Made by a program: the position numbers and the translations under genes. Of a stretch of 64,000 nt of DNA, positions 9,038 to 19,990 are shown in pieces (within the stretch, counting starts at the first letter, position 1; the number at the start of each line of letters is the position of its first letter). The stretch is from Pseudomonadota bacterium. GTDB taxonomy: Bacteria > UBA10199 > 2-02-FULL-44-16 > JAAZCA01. The notes below the pieces were generated by a model. That model worked only from the letters and a program-made list of their open reading frames with translations, had not been told where the DNA came from and made no database searches. The stretch spans positions 1 to 64,000 of the forward strand of contig JAZDOG010000089.1 in assembly GCA_043798915.1 (NCBI GenBank), written 5' to 3'.

Positions 9038-10265
9038 AATAGAAAAAATTCTGGGTTGGGGTGGTTTTGCCACAGTCTATCTTGGGCATGATCCGTACAT
9101 CAAGCGGCCCGTTGCGCTCAAGATAAGCGAAGTAGGAACAGATAATAACAAAAGGACCGCGCTTGAAAATCTGTTTCAAGAAGCAGAGGCGGCGGGATCA
9201 CTTATCCATCCAAATATCGTTACAATATTCGATGCCGGCATAGAGGGTCCCTTCTGCTATATTGCTATGGAGTATATAGAAGGAGAATCGCTTGCAGATA
9301 AATCTGCGCCGGATCATCTGCTTCCGATCGCAGATGCACTCGATATAATGGTAAAGGTCTGTCATGGCCTCGATTATGCTCATCAGCACGGAATCATCCA
9401 TCGCGATGTGAAGCCCGGCAATATCCTCATCGGTTCAAATGGCGATATAAAGATCGCAGATTTTGGATTGGCATTTTTTGCCGGCCTGGCGGACAGGAAC
9501 GCTCCAACAGCAGGCACCCCTGCGTACATGTCGCCCGAACAGGTCATGGGTCGTGATCTTAAACCGCAGAGCGATCTATTCTCGGCCGGCATCGTCCTCT
9601 ACAGGCTTCTGTGCGGGCAAAATCCTTTCGAAGGGGCCAGTCCGCCAGAGATATGGCGCAAAATAGTGGAAGACCCCTACATCCCTCTTTCTGACAGGAA
9701 TGCGGCTCTGCCGCCAAAACTTTTCGGCATAATTGAAAAGGCCCTCGCAAAGGATCCCAACGATCGCTATCACAGCGGTTTCGAACTGGCCCGCGACATC
9801 GAAAGCGTCCTTTGCGGCTCCAAAATGCCGAGCGGCAATAAGCTGTCAAAACACATGACACATTTAAAATCCCTTCACTTCTTTGAAGATTTTGATGATG
9901 AGGAGATCGCCGGACTTCTTTCAATAGGCGCGTGGCTCACCTACAAGGATGGCGACACCATCATCCGCGAGGATGAAAAAGGCGGGGCATTCTTCGTCAT
10001 AGTCTCGGGCGCGGCTGCAGTGAAAGTGGGAGAGAGGGAGATGGCCAGGATTTCCCGTGGCAATTGTTTCGGGGAAATGTCGTTTCTCATCGGATGCGCA
10101 CGGAGCGCAAGCGTAATAGCCACTGAAGAATGCAACCTCTTGAGATTAAATCCTGAAAAGATCGAAATACTGGATGTCAAATTGCAGATGAAACTCTATC
10201 GCCTCTTCTCGCGCACACTTGCCACACATCTCCTCAAAATGGACGGAAAAGTTAAACTGGAATAA
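9006..10265 (+). CDS. Hanks-type Ser/Thr protein kinase with C-terminal cyclic-nucleotide-binding domain
   Basis: GWGGFATV, VALK, HRDVKPGN, DFG, GTPAYMSPEQ; C-terminal FGEMSFLIGCARSASV phosphate-binding cassette. Confidence 0.9.
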   Translation: MITSDKIGRYEIEKILGWGGFATVYLGHDPYIKRPVALKISEVGTDNNKRTALENLFQEAEAAGSLIHPNIVTIFDAGIEGPFCYIAMEYIEGESLADKSAPDHLLPIADALDIMVKVCHGLDYAHQHGIIHRDVKPGNILIGSNGDIKIADFGLAFFAGLADRNAPTAGTPAYMSPEQVMGRDLKPQSDLFSAGIVLYRLLCGQNPFEGASPPEIWRKIVEDPYIPLSDRNAALPPKLFGIIEKALAKDPNDRYHSGFELARDIESVLCGSKMPSGNKLSKHMTHLKSLHFFEDFDDEEIAGLLSIGAWLTYKDGDTIIREDEKGGAFFVIVSGAAAVKVGEREMARISRGNCFGEMSFLIGCARSASVIATEECNLLRLNPEKIEILDVKLQMKLYRLFSRTLATHLLKMDGKVKLE

Positions 10266-10282
10266 TTCGATCAATGAGCATG

Positions 10283-10505
10283 GCGAAAAACGAGGATGTC
10301 TTAAAGAGGGGTTGTACGGAGCTGGGGCGCACTTCGCTCGCTATTCCTCGTCAAAAGGTCGTGTGGTTTTTGGAAACTTAAATGTCCTCCGTTGTCGGCC
10401 TTTAAGTTTCCAAACCACTACGACTTTTGTCTTCGTCGTACGTTCGTCTCGTAAACGCGCTTTTAGCTCCATACAACCCCTCTTTAAGACATCCTCGTTT
10501 TTCGC
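10283..10505. repeat. 223-bp near-palindromic element (MITE or long hairpin)
   Basis: 41-bp terminal inverted repeat gcgaaaaacgaggatgtcttaaagaggggttgta(c/t)ggagct with 1 mismatch, plus an inner stem caaaaggtcgtgtggtttttggaaacttaaa / tttaagtttccaaaccactacgacttttg. Confidence 0.85.
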
Positions 10506-10726
10506 TCCTGGGTCACTGTTCCCTTGAATTCATCGATCTTATCGGGCCATATCTGCTCGACAACGATCTGGGCGCTTATGATCAGCTGGTGAACATCACC
10601 GATGTAGTCGGGTAGCATTTCTTTGACGATAGCGTTGAATCTTTCGAATGACATCACCTCATGTCTGATGATGGCGTGGATATCCTCTGGATCCTGTTTA
10701 TAGAAACGCTCCAATTTCAATTTCAA
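10484..10726 (-). pseudogene. C-terminal fragment of a nucleotidyltransferase-like protein (DUF6036-like)
   Basis: LKLERFYKQDPEDI resembles the K..R..KD..D motif of this family. No N-terminus; the stop lies inside the palindromic element. Confidence 0.5.
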
Positions 10727-10780
10727 AAGGCGACAGGACCCGAAACCGACCTCCTCGCGACGAAGCGTTGTGGCTGAATC

Positions 10781-11116
10781 TTACGCAGCTTTGTCGTGGA
10801 TGAGCTTCCCTGTTCGGATGATTTCTGACAGAAATTCCATCGGTGACAGATTTCTGATATCCTCCGGGCGATACGGCTTCGCTTCGATGAGGGCGTTGAC
10901 TTTCAACGCCGCACGGCCGAGTATCAGATAATCCCGTTCTGTGCCGCCTTCGAAATCCGGAGAGATCACCGCCACATCTATATCGCTGAAATCATGTTCG
11001 GCATTCCTCGCGTAAGAACCATAGAGAAAAACCTTTTCCACTCGAATGTGCTTTTCGAGTTCCCCGATATAGAGTTTCAGGATGGAATCTAGATTTTTAA
11101 TGCGCTTCTCAAGCAT
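10781..11116 (-). CDS. minimal nucleotidyltransferase (MNT antitoxin)
   Basis: LYGSYARN...SDIDVAVIS motif. Confidence 0.85.
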   Translation of the reverse strand: MLEKRIKNLDSILKLYIGELEKHIRVEKVFLYGSYARNAEHDFSDIDVAVISPDFEGGTERDYLILGRAALKVNALIEAKPYRPEDIRNLSPMEFLSEIIRTGKLIHDKAA

Positions 11117-11230
11117 TTGACAATTCCCCGTGTTTTTTGGAGACAGGACTTGGCTTTCTCCCGATCCATGTCCTCGAAAAGCCTCTGTTTGAAATCCACA
11201 TACCTTGCGCTGATGTAATACTGGTAATGA
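11089..11230 (-). pseudogene. C-terminal remnant of a HEPN-domain toxin
   Basis: YYISARY...KAKSCLQKTRGIVKCL aligns by eye with FYIKARY...[16 protein letters not shown] of the intact HEPN at 18865. 5' part missing. Confidence 0.65.
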
Positions 11231-12328
11231 TTAAAGCCCGCCGCCCAGGGCGCGCAGCCTCTTCTGGGCCTCAACGGCCTTGGGGTTCAAGGCGATTGCC
11301 AGATCGTATTCGATCCTTGCCTGCGCGGCATCCCCCTTCGCCTCTGCGAGCTTGCCCAGCCAGTAGTGCGTCGACGCCGGCCAGTATCTGCCGCTCTCCA
11401 TGCCGAGGAAACCCCTGAGCTCATGCGCCGCCTCGGCGAAGCGCGACGGGTCGCCAGAGAGCACCTCTGCCGCGCCGATGAAATAATGCGGTTTCTTGAG
11501 GGAGGAGTCGATCGAGAGTATCGCCTTAAACTGCGCTATCGCCTCATCGTAGCGTTTGAGGGCGATGAGGGTCTTGCCGAGGATCGTCCGCAGGATGACG
11601 TTGGAAGGAAATCTCGCGACGTATTCGGCGCATATCTTCTGCGCCTCGGCAAAGCGGCCCTCCTCGACGTACATCACGGCGAGGTTCATCCGGGCGAGGT
11701 CCTTGGCAAAGCGGCCGTGCTCCGCCACGCGCTCGACGATCTCGATGCCCTCCTTGCGCCTGTCGGGTAGCATCTTGAGGAACGTGAGGTCGTGCGCAAA
11801 GACCGATCGCCAATAGATGTACATACCGAGCCCGAAATCGGCGTCGACGAAGGAAGGATCGAGCTCCTTCACGCGCCGGAATATCTGCCGGGATTTCGTG
11901 CCCGCCACGTAGGCGTCCCACCACTTGCCCTTGCGCGCCTTGAAAAATCCCTCGAGGCCCATAAGCGAACCGGAGAGGAAGAGATCCCAGGTGCCGGGGT
12001 TGTAGCGGCTCTGGACCAGGGTCGCCTTGTCCCTTCCCTCCTTCGCCGCCTTCAGAAATTCCGCCTCCCGATGAAAATCCTCGCGCTCGAGCATCTCGAT
12101 CTCGAGGGCCGCCATGACGCCGAAGTCCCCCGCCGGCGAATCCGGATAATCGCGCTTCAGGCCCTCGAAGAGCTTCATGGCGTCGTCGTAGCGCCTGGCG
12201 AATATCATCTCCTGGCCGCGGGTGGCCTGTGAGACCACATCTCCTTCTTCAGCCTCGCCACGGACAACGGCCGGAGACAAAAGCGAGCAGAGAATGACGG
12301 CCATGATCGGAAACAGAAACCTTCTCAT
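11231..12328 (-). CDS. exported tetratricopeptide-repeat protein
   Basis: Signal peptide MRRFLFPIMAVILCSLLSPAVVRG; several TPR-like units (DADFGLG, KPHYFIGA, THYWLGK, AIALNP). Confidence 0.8.
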   Translation of the reverse strand: MRRFLFPIMAVILCSLLSPAVVRGEAEEGDVVSQATRGQEMIFARRYDDAMKLFEGLKRDYPDSPAGDFGVMAALEIEMLEREDFHREAEFLKAAKEGRDKATLVQSRYNPGTWDLFLSGSLMGLEGFFKARKGKWWDAYVAGTKSRQIFRRVKELDPSFVDADFGLGMYIYWRSVFAHDLTFLKMLPDRRKEGIEIVERVAEHGRFAKDLARMNLAVMYVEEGRFAEAQKICAEYVARFPSNVILRTILGKTLIALKRYDEAIAQFKAILSIDSSLKKPHYFIGAAEVLSGDPSRFAEAAHELRGFLGMESGRYWPASTHYWLGKLAEAKGDAAQARIEYDLAIALNPKAVEAQKRLRALGGGL

Positions 12329-12423
12329 CTCATCACCTCCGGACAAAAAGTATGCCTATTGAAATACCCCTCTTCACTAACAGTTGCAAGTCGCGCAAAG
12401 CTCTAGTATTATGCGTCCCACTT

Positions 12424-13986
12424 ATGAAGCAGACGCCCCTGTCCGGCAACAAGCTCTCCATCGCGTTTCTCACATCAAGGCCCCAGGACGCCACCACGAT
12501 CACGCGGACCCTCGAACACGTCTTTCCGGGGGTAACTGTCAGGGCAGTGGCAGACGAGGCACGGCTGGAGCTGAAACCCGCCTCTATCCTCATCGTCGAC
12601 ACGGAGATGGTCTCCGGCGCAGGGCTCGAGCACATCCTCGACAAGGCTCCTGAAACCCCCGCGATAATCGTTGTGGGCGACTTCTCGCAGGTGCGCCACT
12701 TCAGCCATATGCTCTCCGGGCGGCGGACGATCGTCACCCGCGGAGATCTGACCGGCATGGGGCTCGTTCAGGCCCTCCATCACCTCCTCGAGCGCCACAG
12801 GCTCCATGAACAGTTGAAGCGCACGGCCCACCACCTCAAGGAGATATCCATACGCGATGATCTCACGCATCTCATCAATCACCGCCACCTGGACGAGATG
12901 CTTTCCTCCGAGGTGAAGAAGGCCAACCGCTACAAGAGGCCGCTGGGGCTGGTGATCGTCGCGATCAAGAATTTCACCGCGATCAACGAATCGCTCGGCC
13001 ATGAGGAGGGAGACCGCATACTCGCGAAGGCGGCGGACATGATCCGCGGCGTCGTGCGCGAGGTCGACGTCCCCTCGCGCTACGGCGACAACGAGTTCGC
13101 CGTGATTTTGCCCGAGTCCGATGAGACGGCCGCCGCGATCGTCGCCAGACGTATACAGGATGCGCTGGCGTCGATTGTCACCGCCGCCCCGGAGCTCGGC
13201 ATCCAGATACTCACGAGCACCGGAATCGCCTCGCTCTCGCACAAGATCCAGACGAAGGATGAGATCATCCGCACCGCCCTGGGCGCCCTGATCGAAGCCA
13301 AGAGAAGCCAGTCAAGCACGATCAAGACGTGGGGGGAGATCGACGGGAGGCGGCGCGACGTCCACGAGAACCGCCAGCTCATCGACCAGCTGCACGAAAG
13401 GCTCGCCCGCCTCTCCTTTGAAGCGGAGCGCGGGTATTTTCAGTCGCTCCTCAAGGCGATCGGCGAGATACCTCTCGTCAAGAAGGTGCTCATGCCACAT
13501 TCGGAGCGCGTCGCGTTCTACGCGCAGAGGCTTGCGGAATCGCTGGGGCTCGGGGAGGCCGAGGAACGCGCCATCCACCGCGCCGGCATCCTGCACGACG
13601 CCGGCAAGCTCGCGATAGGCGCCGACATCCTCGGAAAAGCCGGCGGCCTCTCCCTGGAGGAGAGGGAGCTGGTCAAACAGCACCCCCTCTTCGCGGTGCA
13701 GATCATAGGGCAGACGCCGTTCTTCACCGCGGAGCCTGCCGCGATACTACACCACCACGAGCGCTATGACGGGTCGGGATATCCGGACGGGATCGCCGGC
13801 AATTCCATCCCGCTTTCGGCGCGCATCCTCGCAATCGCTGAGGCATGGGACACGATGATCACACCCCAGCCCTATCGCGCCGAGCCTCTGCCTCTGGACC
13901 GCGCCCTGGCGGAGCTCAAGGCCGGCGCGGGAGGGCAATTCGACGCAGAACTGGTGGAAAGATTCACGGGCCTGATCGCTGGCTAA
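12424..13986 (+). CDS. receiver-like + degenerate GGDEF + HD-GYP protein (probable c-di-GMP phosphodiesterase)
   Basis: DDLTHL, REVD..SRYGDNEF (GGDEF site altered), HSERVA, LHDAGK, HHHERYDGSGYPDG. Confidence 0.85.
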   Translation: MKQTPLSGNKLSIAFLTSRPQDATTITRTLEHVFPGVTVRAVADEARLELKPASILIVDTEMVSGAGLEHILDKAPETPAIIVVGDFSQVRHFSHMLSGRRTIVTRGDLTGMGLVQALHHLLERHRLHEQLKRTAHHLKEISIRDDLTHLINHRHLDEMLSSEVKKANRYKRPLGLVIVAIKNFTAINESLGHEEGDRILAKAADMIRGVVREVDVPSRYGDNEFAVILPESDETAAAIVARRIQDALASIVTAAPELGIQILTSTGIASLSHKIQTKDEIIRTALGALIEAKRSQSSTIKTWGEIDGRRRDVHENRQLIDQLHERLARLSFEAERGYFQSLLKAIGEIPLVKKVLMPHSERVAFYAQRLAESLGLGEAEERAIHRAGILHDAGKLAIGADILGKAGGLSLEERELVKQHPLFAVQIIGQTPFFTAEPAAILHHHERYDGSGYPDGIAGNSIPLSARILAIAEAWDTMITPQPYRAEPLPLDRALAELKAGAGGQFDAELVERFTGLIAG

Positions 13987-14015
13987 TTGACAGCCCGGCC
14001 GATGAAGCATATACT
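13987..14015 (+). promoter_or_regulatory. sigma-70 promoter for the ftsK operon
   Basis: TTGACA-17 bp-TATACT. Confidence 0.75.
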
Positions 14016-14068
14016 GCGAAAAGATTGGTAAATTAACAACTTACATAGCGTCGCATAACTTTTCAACA

Positions 14069-16486
14069 ATGCCTCCGTCGACCAAAAACCGCCACATAGA
14101 CATCCGCAAGGACATCTTCGCAATCATATTCCTTGCATGCGGGATATTTTTCGGCCTGTGCCTTGTCTCCTACAGCCCCACCGATCCCGCGCTCAACTCC
14201 GTCTCAAACGTCCCGTACGTGAAGAACATGGGCGGGATCGTGGGCGCATATCTCTCCGACGTCCTGTTCATGGTCTTCGGCATCAGCGCATATCTCTCCG
14301 CCTTCCTTCTCGTCGCCATGAGCCTCCTGCAGTTCGTAGGCCGCCCGATCCGCCTGAGGCTGCGCGAGATATTCTGCTACGCCGGCGTCATCGCCTTCGG
14401 AGCGGCTCTCATACATCTGCGCTTCGAGACGGTCTCGCTGCACGGCCACTCGATCGCGGGCGGCGGCATCATCGGCGGACTCCTGGGCGACGCGCTCGCG
14501 CACTACCTCAATCGCGCCGGCGCATACGTCATATCGTCGGCGGGCCTCTTTCTCCTCTTCCTGATAGCCACGCACCTCTCCATCGGGGACGTCCTTCACA
14601 TCGCAAGGCGGGCATCCGTATGGGTCGCATCCAACGTCTGGATCGGCGTGAAATGGGTTGCCCTCCAGACTCCGCCGCTTGCAAAAAAACTCCTCGCGTG
14701 GGCGAAGACCCTTGTGAAGGGCCTCGTGAAGAAATCCCGCGCGAAGCTCGCGCCCGAGACGCTCGCCGATCCCAAAGTCTTGAAGCGGATGCCGGCGACG
14801 CGCGAGAGGCGCGGTGACGTCATCTCCCTCGCTCCGATCCGCCCGGCAACCTCACTCCCGCAGATAGCCTCGCCGCCTCCCGCGGACGCAAACAACGCGG
14901 CGCAGGAAGCGGCCCAACCCGAGGGCCCGCGGATCCTCAAACGGGCGGACATGCACCAGCGGCGTGTGACGGACGATCAGCTGAAATTCCACAAGATGTG
15001 TTCCGAGGGGTATGAACCGCCGCCTTTAGGGCTGCTCGATGCGCCGGAACGAAAGAAGATCGAGATCGACGAGGAGACGCTGAAGAAAAACTCCCAGGTC
15101 GTCGAAAACAAGGTGAAGGACTTCGACGTCGAGGGGCACGTGACTGCCATTCACCCGGGGCCCGTCATCACGATGTACGAGTTCGAGCCGGCGCCTGGCA
15201 CGAAGGTCGGCAAGATAGTCAACCTCGAGGACGACCTCTCGCTCACGCTTGGGGGGCGAAGCGTCCGCATTGTGCCGCACCTGCCGGGCAAGGCGGCGCT
15301 GGGCATCGAGGTGCCAAACAGCGAGCGCGAGATCGTCTGGCTCAAGGACACCCTCTCGTCGCAGCAGTACCATAAAGCGCAGGGACACCTGCCGCTGGCG
15401 CTCGGATCCTCCACCTCCGGGCATGCCGTGGTGGCGGACCTCACCAAGATGCCGCACCTGCTCGTCGCAGGCGCGACCGGCTCGGGAAAAAGCGTGGCGA
15501 TCAACTCCATCATCGCAAGCATCGTCTACCGCGCCTCCCCGGCAGACGTCCGCTTCATCCTGGTGGACCCCAAGATGCTCGAGCTCTCCGTCTACGACGG
15601 CATCCCGCACCTGCTGCTGCCGGTCGTCACCAAGCCCAAGCCCGCGGTGCTCGCGATGCGCTGGGCGCTGCGCGAGATGGAGAGGCGCTACAGGCTCATG
15701 GCCGACACGGGCACGCGCAACATCCTTGGCTACAACGAGAAGATAAACAGCGGACAGGTGCAGCTGGTGACGCCGGAGGAGGCGGTCGCGACGGTCGAAG
15801 CCAACCACGAGGCCGCGGCGCACACGGGCCCCATCCCCTACATCGTGATAATCATCGACGAGCTGGCTGACCTCATGATGACGGCCTCGCAGGACATGGA
15901 GGACGCGATCACCCGGCTCGCTCAGATGGCCCGCGCCGCCGGCATCCACCTGATCCTGGCCACGCAGCGCCCGAGCGTGGACGTGATCACGGGCCTCATC
16001 AAGGCCAACTTCCCCGCGCGCATCGCCTTCAAGGTGACGGCGAAGCACGACTCGCGCACGATCCTCGACGCAAACGGCGCGGAGACCCTCCTGGGCCAGG
16101 GCGACATGCTCTTCATGACGCCGCAGGGGGGCAACCTCATCCGCATCCACGGCGCGTACATCACAGACTCCGACATCACGCGCATCGTGGCGCACCTCAA
16201 GGCGCAGGGACAGCCGGTCTATGATGAATCGATCGTCGCGGAACCGAAGGATGCGGCCGGCAACCCGATCGAAGAGGGAGGTGAGATGGACGACGAGCTC
16301 TATGACCAGGCGGTGAAGCTCGTCGCCGAGACGAAGCAGGCGTCGATATCCATGGTTCAGCGGCGCTTGAGGATCGGCTACAACCGCGCCGCCCGGATGA
16401 TCGAGCGCATGGAGTCCGAAGGCGTCGTCGGCCCCGCCGAAGGAAGCAAACCCCGACAGGTTCTGGCAGGAAATTTTGAGACTTGA
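14069..16486 (+). CDS. ftsK: DNA translocase FtsK
   Basis: N-terminal transmembrane domain, MPHLLVAGATGSGKS, DPKMLEL, ATQRPSVDVITG, gamma domain SMVQRRLRIGYNRAAR. Confidence 0.97.
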   Translation: MPPSTKNRHIDIRKDIFAIIFLACGIFFGLCLVSYSPTDPALNSVSNVPYVKNMGGIVGAYLSDVLFMVFGISAYLSAFLLVAMSLLQFVGRPIRLRLREIFCYAGVIAFGAALIHLRFETVSLHGHSIAGGGIIGGLLGDALAHYLNRAGAYVISSAGLFLLFLIATHLSIGDVLHIARRASVWVASNVWIGVKWVALQTPPLAKKLLAWAKTLVKGLVKKSRAKLAPETLADPKVLKRMPATRERRGDVISLAPIRPATSLPQIASPPPADANNAAQEAAQPEGPRILKRADMHQRRVTDDQLKFHKMCSEGYEPPPLGLLDAPERKKIEIDEETLKKNSQVVENKVKDFDVEGHVTAIHPGPVITMYEFEPAPGTKVGKIVNLEDDLSLTLGGRSVRIVPHLPGKAALGIEVPNSEREIVWLKDTLSSQQYHKAQGHLPLALGSSTSGHAVVADLTKMPHLLVAGATGSGKSVAINSIIASIVYRASPADVRFILVDPKMLELSVYDGIPHLLLPVVTKPKPAVLAMRWALREMERRYRLMADTGTRNILGYNEKINSGQVQLVTPEEAVATVEANHEAAAHTGPIPYIVIIIDELADLMMTASQDMEDAITRLAQMARAAGIHLILATQRPSVDVITGLIKANFPARIAFKVTAKHDSRTILDANGAETLLGQGDMLFMTPQGGNLIRIHGAYITDSDITRIVAHLKAQGQPVYDESIVAEPKDAAGNPIEEGGEMDDELYDQAVKLVAETKQASISMVQRRLRIGYNRAARMIERMESEGVVGPAEGSKPRQVLAGNFET

Positions 16487-16518
16487 CTAATCGCCTTAAG
16501 CACACGACAAATCAGCCG

Positions 16519-17217
16519 ATGAATGCCCGCCAAGCAAAGCGTTTGATCGCCGCGCTGTCTTCGCTCGTCCTGTTTTTTTTGGCCGGGAACGCGGCCGCCA
16601 AAAAATCAGCAACCGAACAGGTTGCGCCGCAGGGAAGCGGCAACGTCAAAGCTATCGAGGCCGCCTATCATTCCCTTTCAGACCTCACGGCCAGGTTCGT
16701 CCAGACCACTAAGGTGGCGCTCATCGACCGGACGGTGACGAGAAAGGGCACGTTTCGCTTCAAAAAAGGCGGCAAGCTGCGGATAGAATATGAGGGAGCG
16801 GACAAGAAGACGTACGTCTCCGATGGCGCGACACTCTGGATCTTCGTCCCCGGAGACGAGGCGAGCACGCAGACCTTCGCCGTAAACGACGAGACGGTGC
16901 CGAAGGAGGCGCTCTCGTTCCTCGGCGGCTTCGGCAAGCTCACAAAGGAGTTCTCGATATCCACGAGCAGCGCGTTCTCCGATGCGGCGCCCGACACCAC
17001 GGCGCTGCACCTCGTGCCGAAGGGAAAGGCGAAGCACTATGACTCGCTCGACGGCCTCTTCGGAGCCGACCATCTGCTCCTGGAACTCGTCATCACCAAC
17101 ACCTCCGGCAACGTGAGCCGCTACAAATTCAGCGACATCAAGACGAACACGGGCCTTTCCGACGGCCTCTTCACCCTCTCCTCCGGCAAAACCACGCCGG
17201 GAACGCTCCCGGAGTGA
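16519..17217 (+). CDS. lolA: outer-membrane lipoprotein carrier protein LolA
   Basis: Signal peptide, [22 protein letters not shown]; ftsK-lolA synteny. Confidence 0.8.
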   Translation: MNARQAKRLIAALSSLVLFFLAGNAAAKKSATEQVAPQGSGNVKAIEAAYHSLSDLTARFVQTTKVALIDRTVTRKGTFRFKKGGKLRIEYEGADKKTYVSDGATLWIFVPGDEASTQTFAVNDETVPKEALSFLGGFGKLTKEFSISTSSAFSDAAPDTTALHLVPKGKAKHYDSLDGLFGADHLLLELVITNTSGNVSRYKFSDIKTNTGLSDGLFTLSSGKTTPGTLPE

Positions 17218-17218
17218 T

Positions 17219-18802
<1,584 letters not shown>

Positions 18803-18864
18803 AAAGTTGCTAGATTTTTTGGCATATGCTAGATTTCCCTTAAAATCAGAAGGGTTGGCTTGCT

Positions 18865-19251
18865 ATGAATCCCATCACCAGCCAGTGGATTGAACGCGCC
18901 GATTATGATCTGGAGACTGCCGATTCTCTCCTGAAAAGCGGGCGCTATCTCTATGTGGCCTTCATGTGCCAGCAGTGTATCGAAAAAACTATCAAGGCAT
19001 ACATCACCTCCATCGGCAAGCCGCCTCCCATGATACACAATCTGCCCCGTCTGGCCGAGGAAGCGGGTCTCATGGACAAAATCAATGCCGATCATAAGCT
19101 CCTGTTGGCTGACCTGAATCCATTCTACATAAAAGCAAGATATGGAGAATATAAGGACGAGCTTGCAAAAATATGCACGGCTGAAAATGCTAAAGATATG
19201 CTCGTCAAGACAAAGGAGTTTGTGAAATGGTTAAAACAAGAGATCAAATAG
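18865..19251 (+). CDS. HEPN-domain protein
   Basis: WIERADYDL, FMCQQCIEKTIKA, IHNLPRLA, YIKARY. Confidence 0.85.
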   Translation: MNPITSQWIERADYDLETADSLLKSGRYLYVAFMCQQCIEKTIKAYITSIGKPPPMIHNLPRLAEEAGLMDKINADHKLLLADLNPFYIKARYGEYKDELAKICTAENAKDMLVKTKEFVKWLKQEIK

Positions 19252-19553
19252 AAGCGATCGTCAGGGCCTACGTCAAAGAGGTAGGCAAATCCTATCGTGT
19301 GGAACGGGTGCTCCTCTTTGGATCATATGCAACCGGCAGGGCCACGGATAGCAGCGATATCGATCTTGCAATCATATCGCCGGATTTTCGCGGAAAGCCT
19401 GAGATGGAAACGCTGCAAAGTCTTTCACGAGCGGCGATGGAGATAGACACCTCTCTTGAAGTCCTGGCTTTCACGCCTGAGGAAATGGATTCTCCGGATC
19501 CGCTCTCGTTTTCATATCAGGTGAAAAAGAACGGCCTTCCTTTGGCAGCTTGA
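19227..19553 (+). CDS. minimal nucleotidyltransferase (MNT antitoxin)
   Basis: LFGSYATG...SDIDLAIIS; overlaps the HEPN gene. Confidence 0.88.
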   Translation: MVKTRDQIEAIVRAYVKEVGKSYRVERVLLFGSYATGRATDSSDIDLAIISPDFRGKPEMETLQSLSRAAMEIDTSLEVLAFTPEEMDSPDPLSFSYQVKKNGLPLAA

Positions 19554-19569
19554 AGCCCTGGATATCGCG

Positions 19570-19980
19570 ATGAAACCAAAAAACGCACGCACGAACCGCA
19601 AGATCAGATTGCTGGTCGGAAAAGTCGGGCTCGACGGGCACGATCGCGGCGTCAAGATCCTTGCCCGCGCGTTCCGCGACGCCGGCTTCGAGGTCATCTA
19701 CTCCGGCCTTCACCAGACCCCCGAGATGATCGCGAACATGGCGATCCAGGAGGGCGTGGACGCGGTCGGGCTCTCCATCCACTCCGGCGCGCACAACGAG
19801 CTCTTTCCAGAGGTAAAAAAACTCCTTAAAGAAAAAGGCGCGGACTCCATCAGGGTCTTCGGCGGAGGAATCATCCCGGCGAAGGACATCGCATCTCTCA
19901 AGGAGCACGGCATCGAGGAGATATTTCTCCCCGGCACGCAGCTGGACACGATAATCGAATGGGTGAAGAAAAATATCTAG
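19570..19980 (+). CDS. cobalamin-binding small subunit of the acyl-CoA mutase
   Basis: GLDGHDRG (DxHxxG), [15 protein letters not shown]. Confidence 0.93.
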   Translation: MKPKNARTNRKIRLLVGKVGLDGHDRGVKILARAFRDAGFEVIYSGLHQTPEMIANMAIQEGVDAVGLSIHSGAHNELFPEVKKLLKEKGADSIRVFGGGIIPAKDIASLKEHGIEEIFLPGTQLDTIIEWVKKNI

Positions 19981-19990
19981 AAATTATCCG

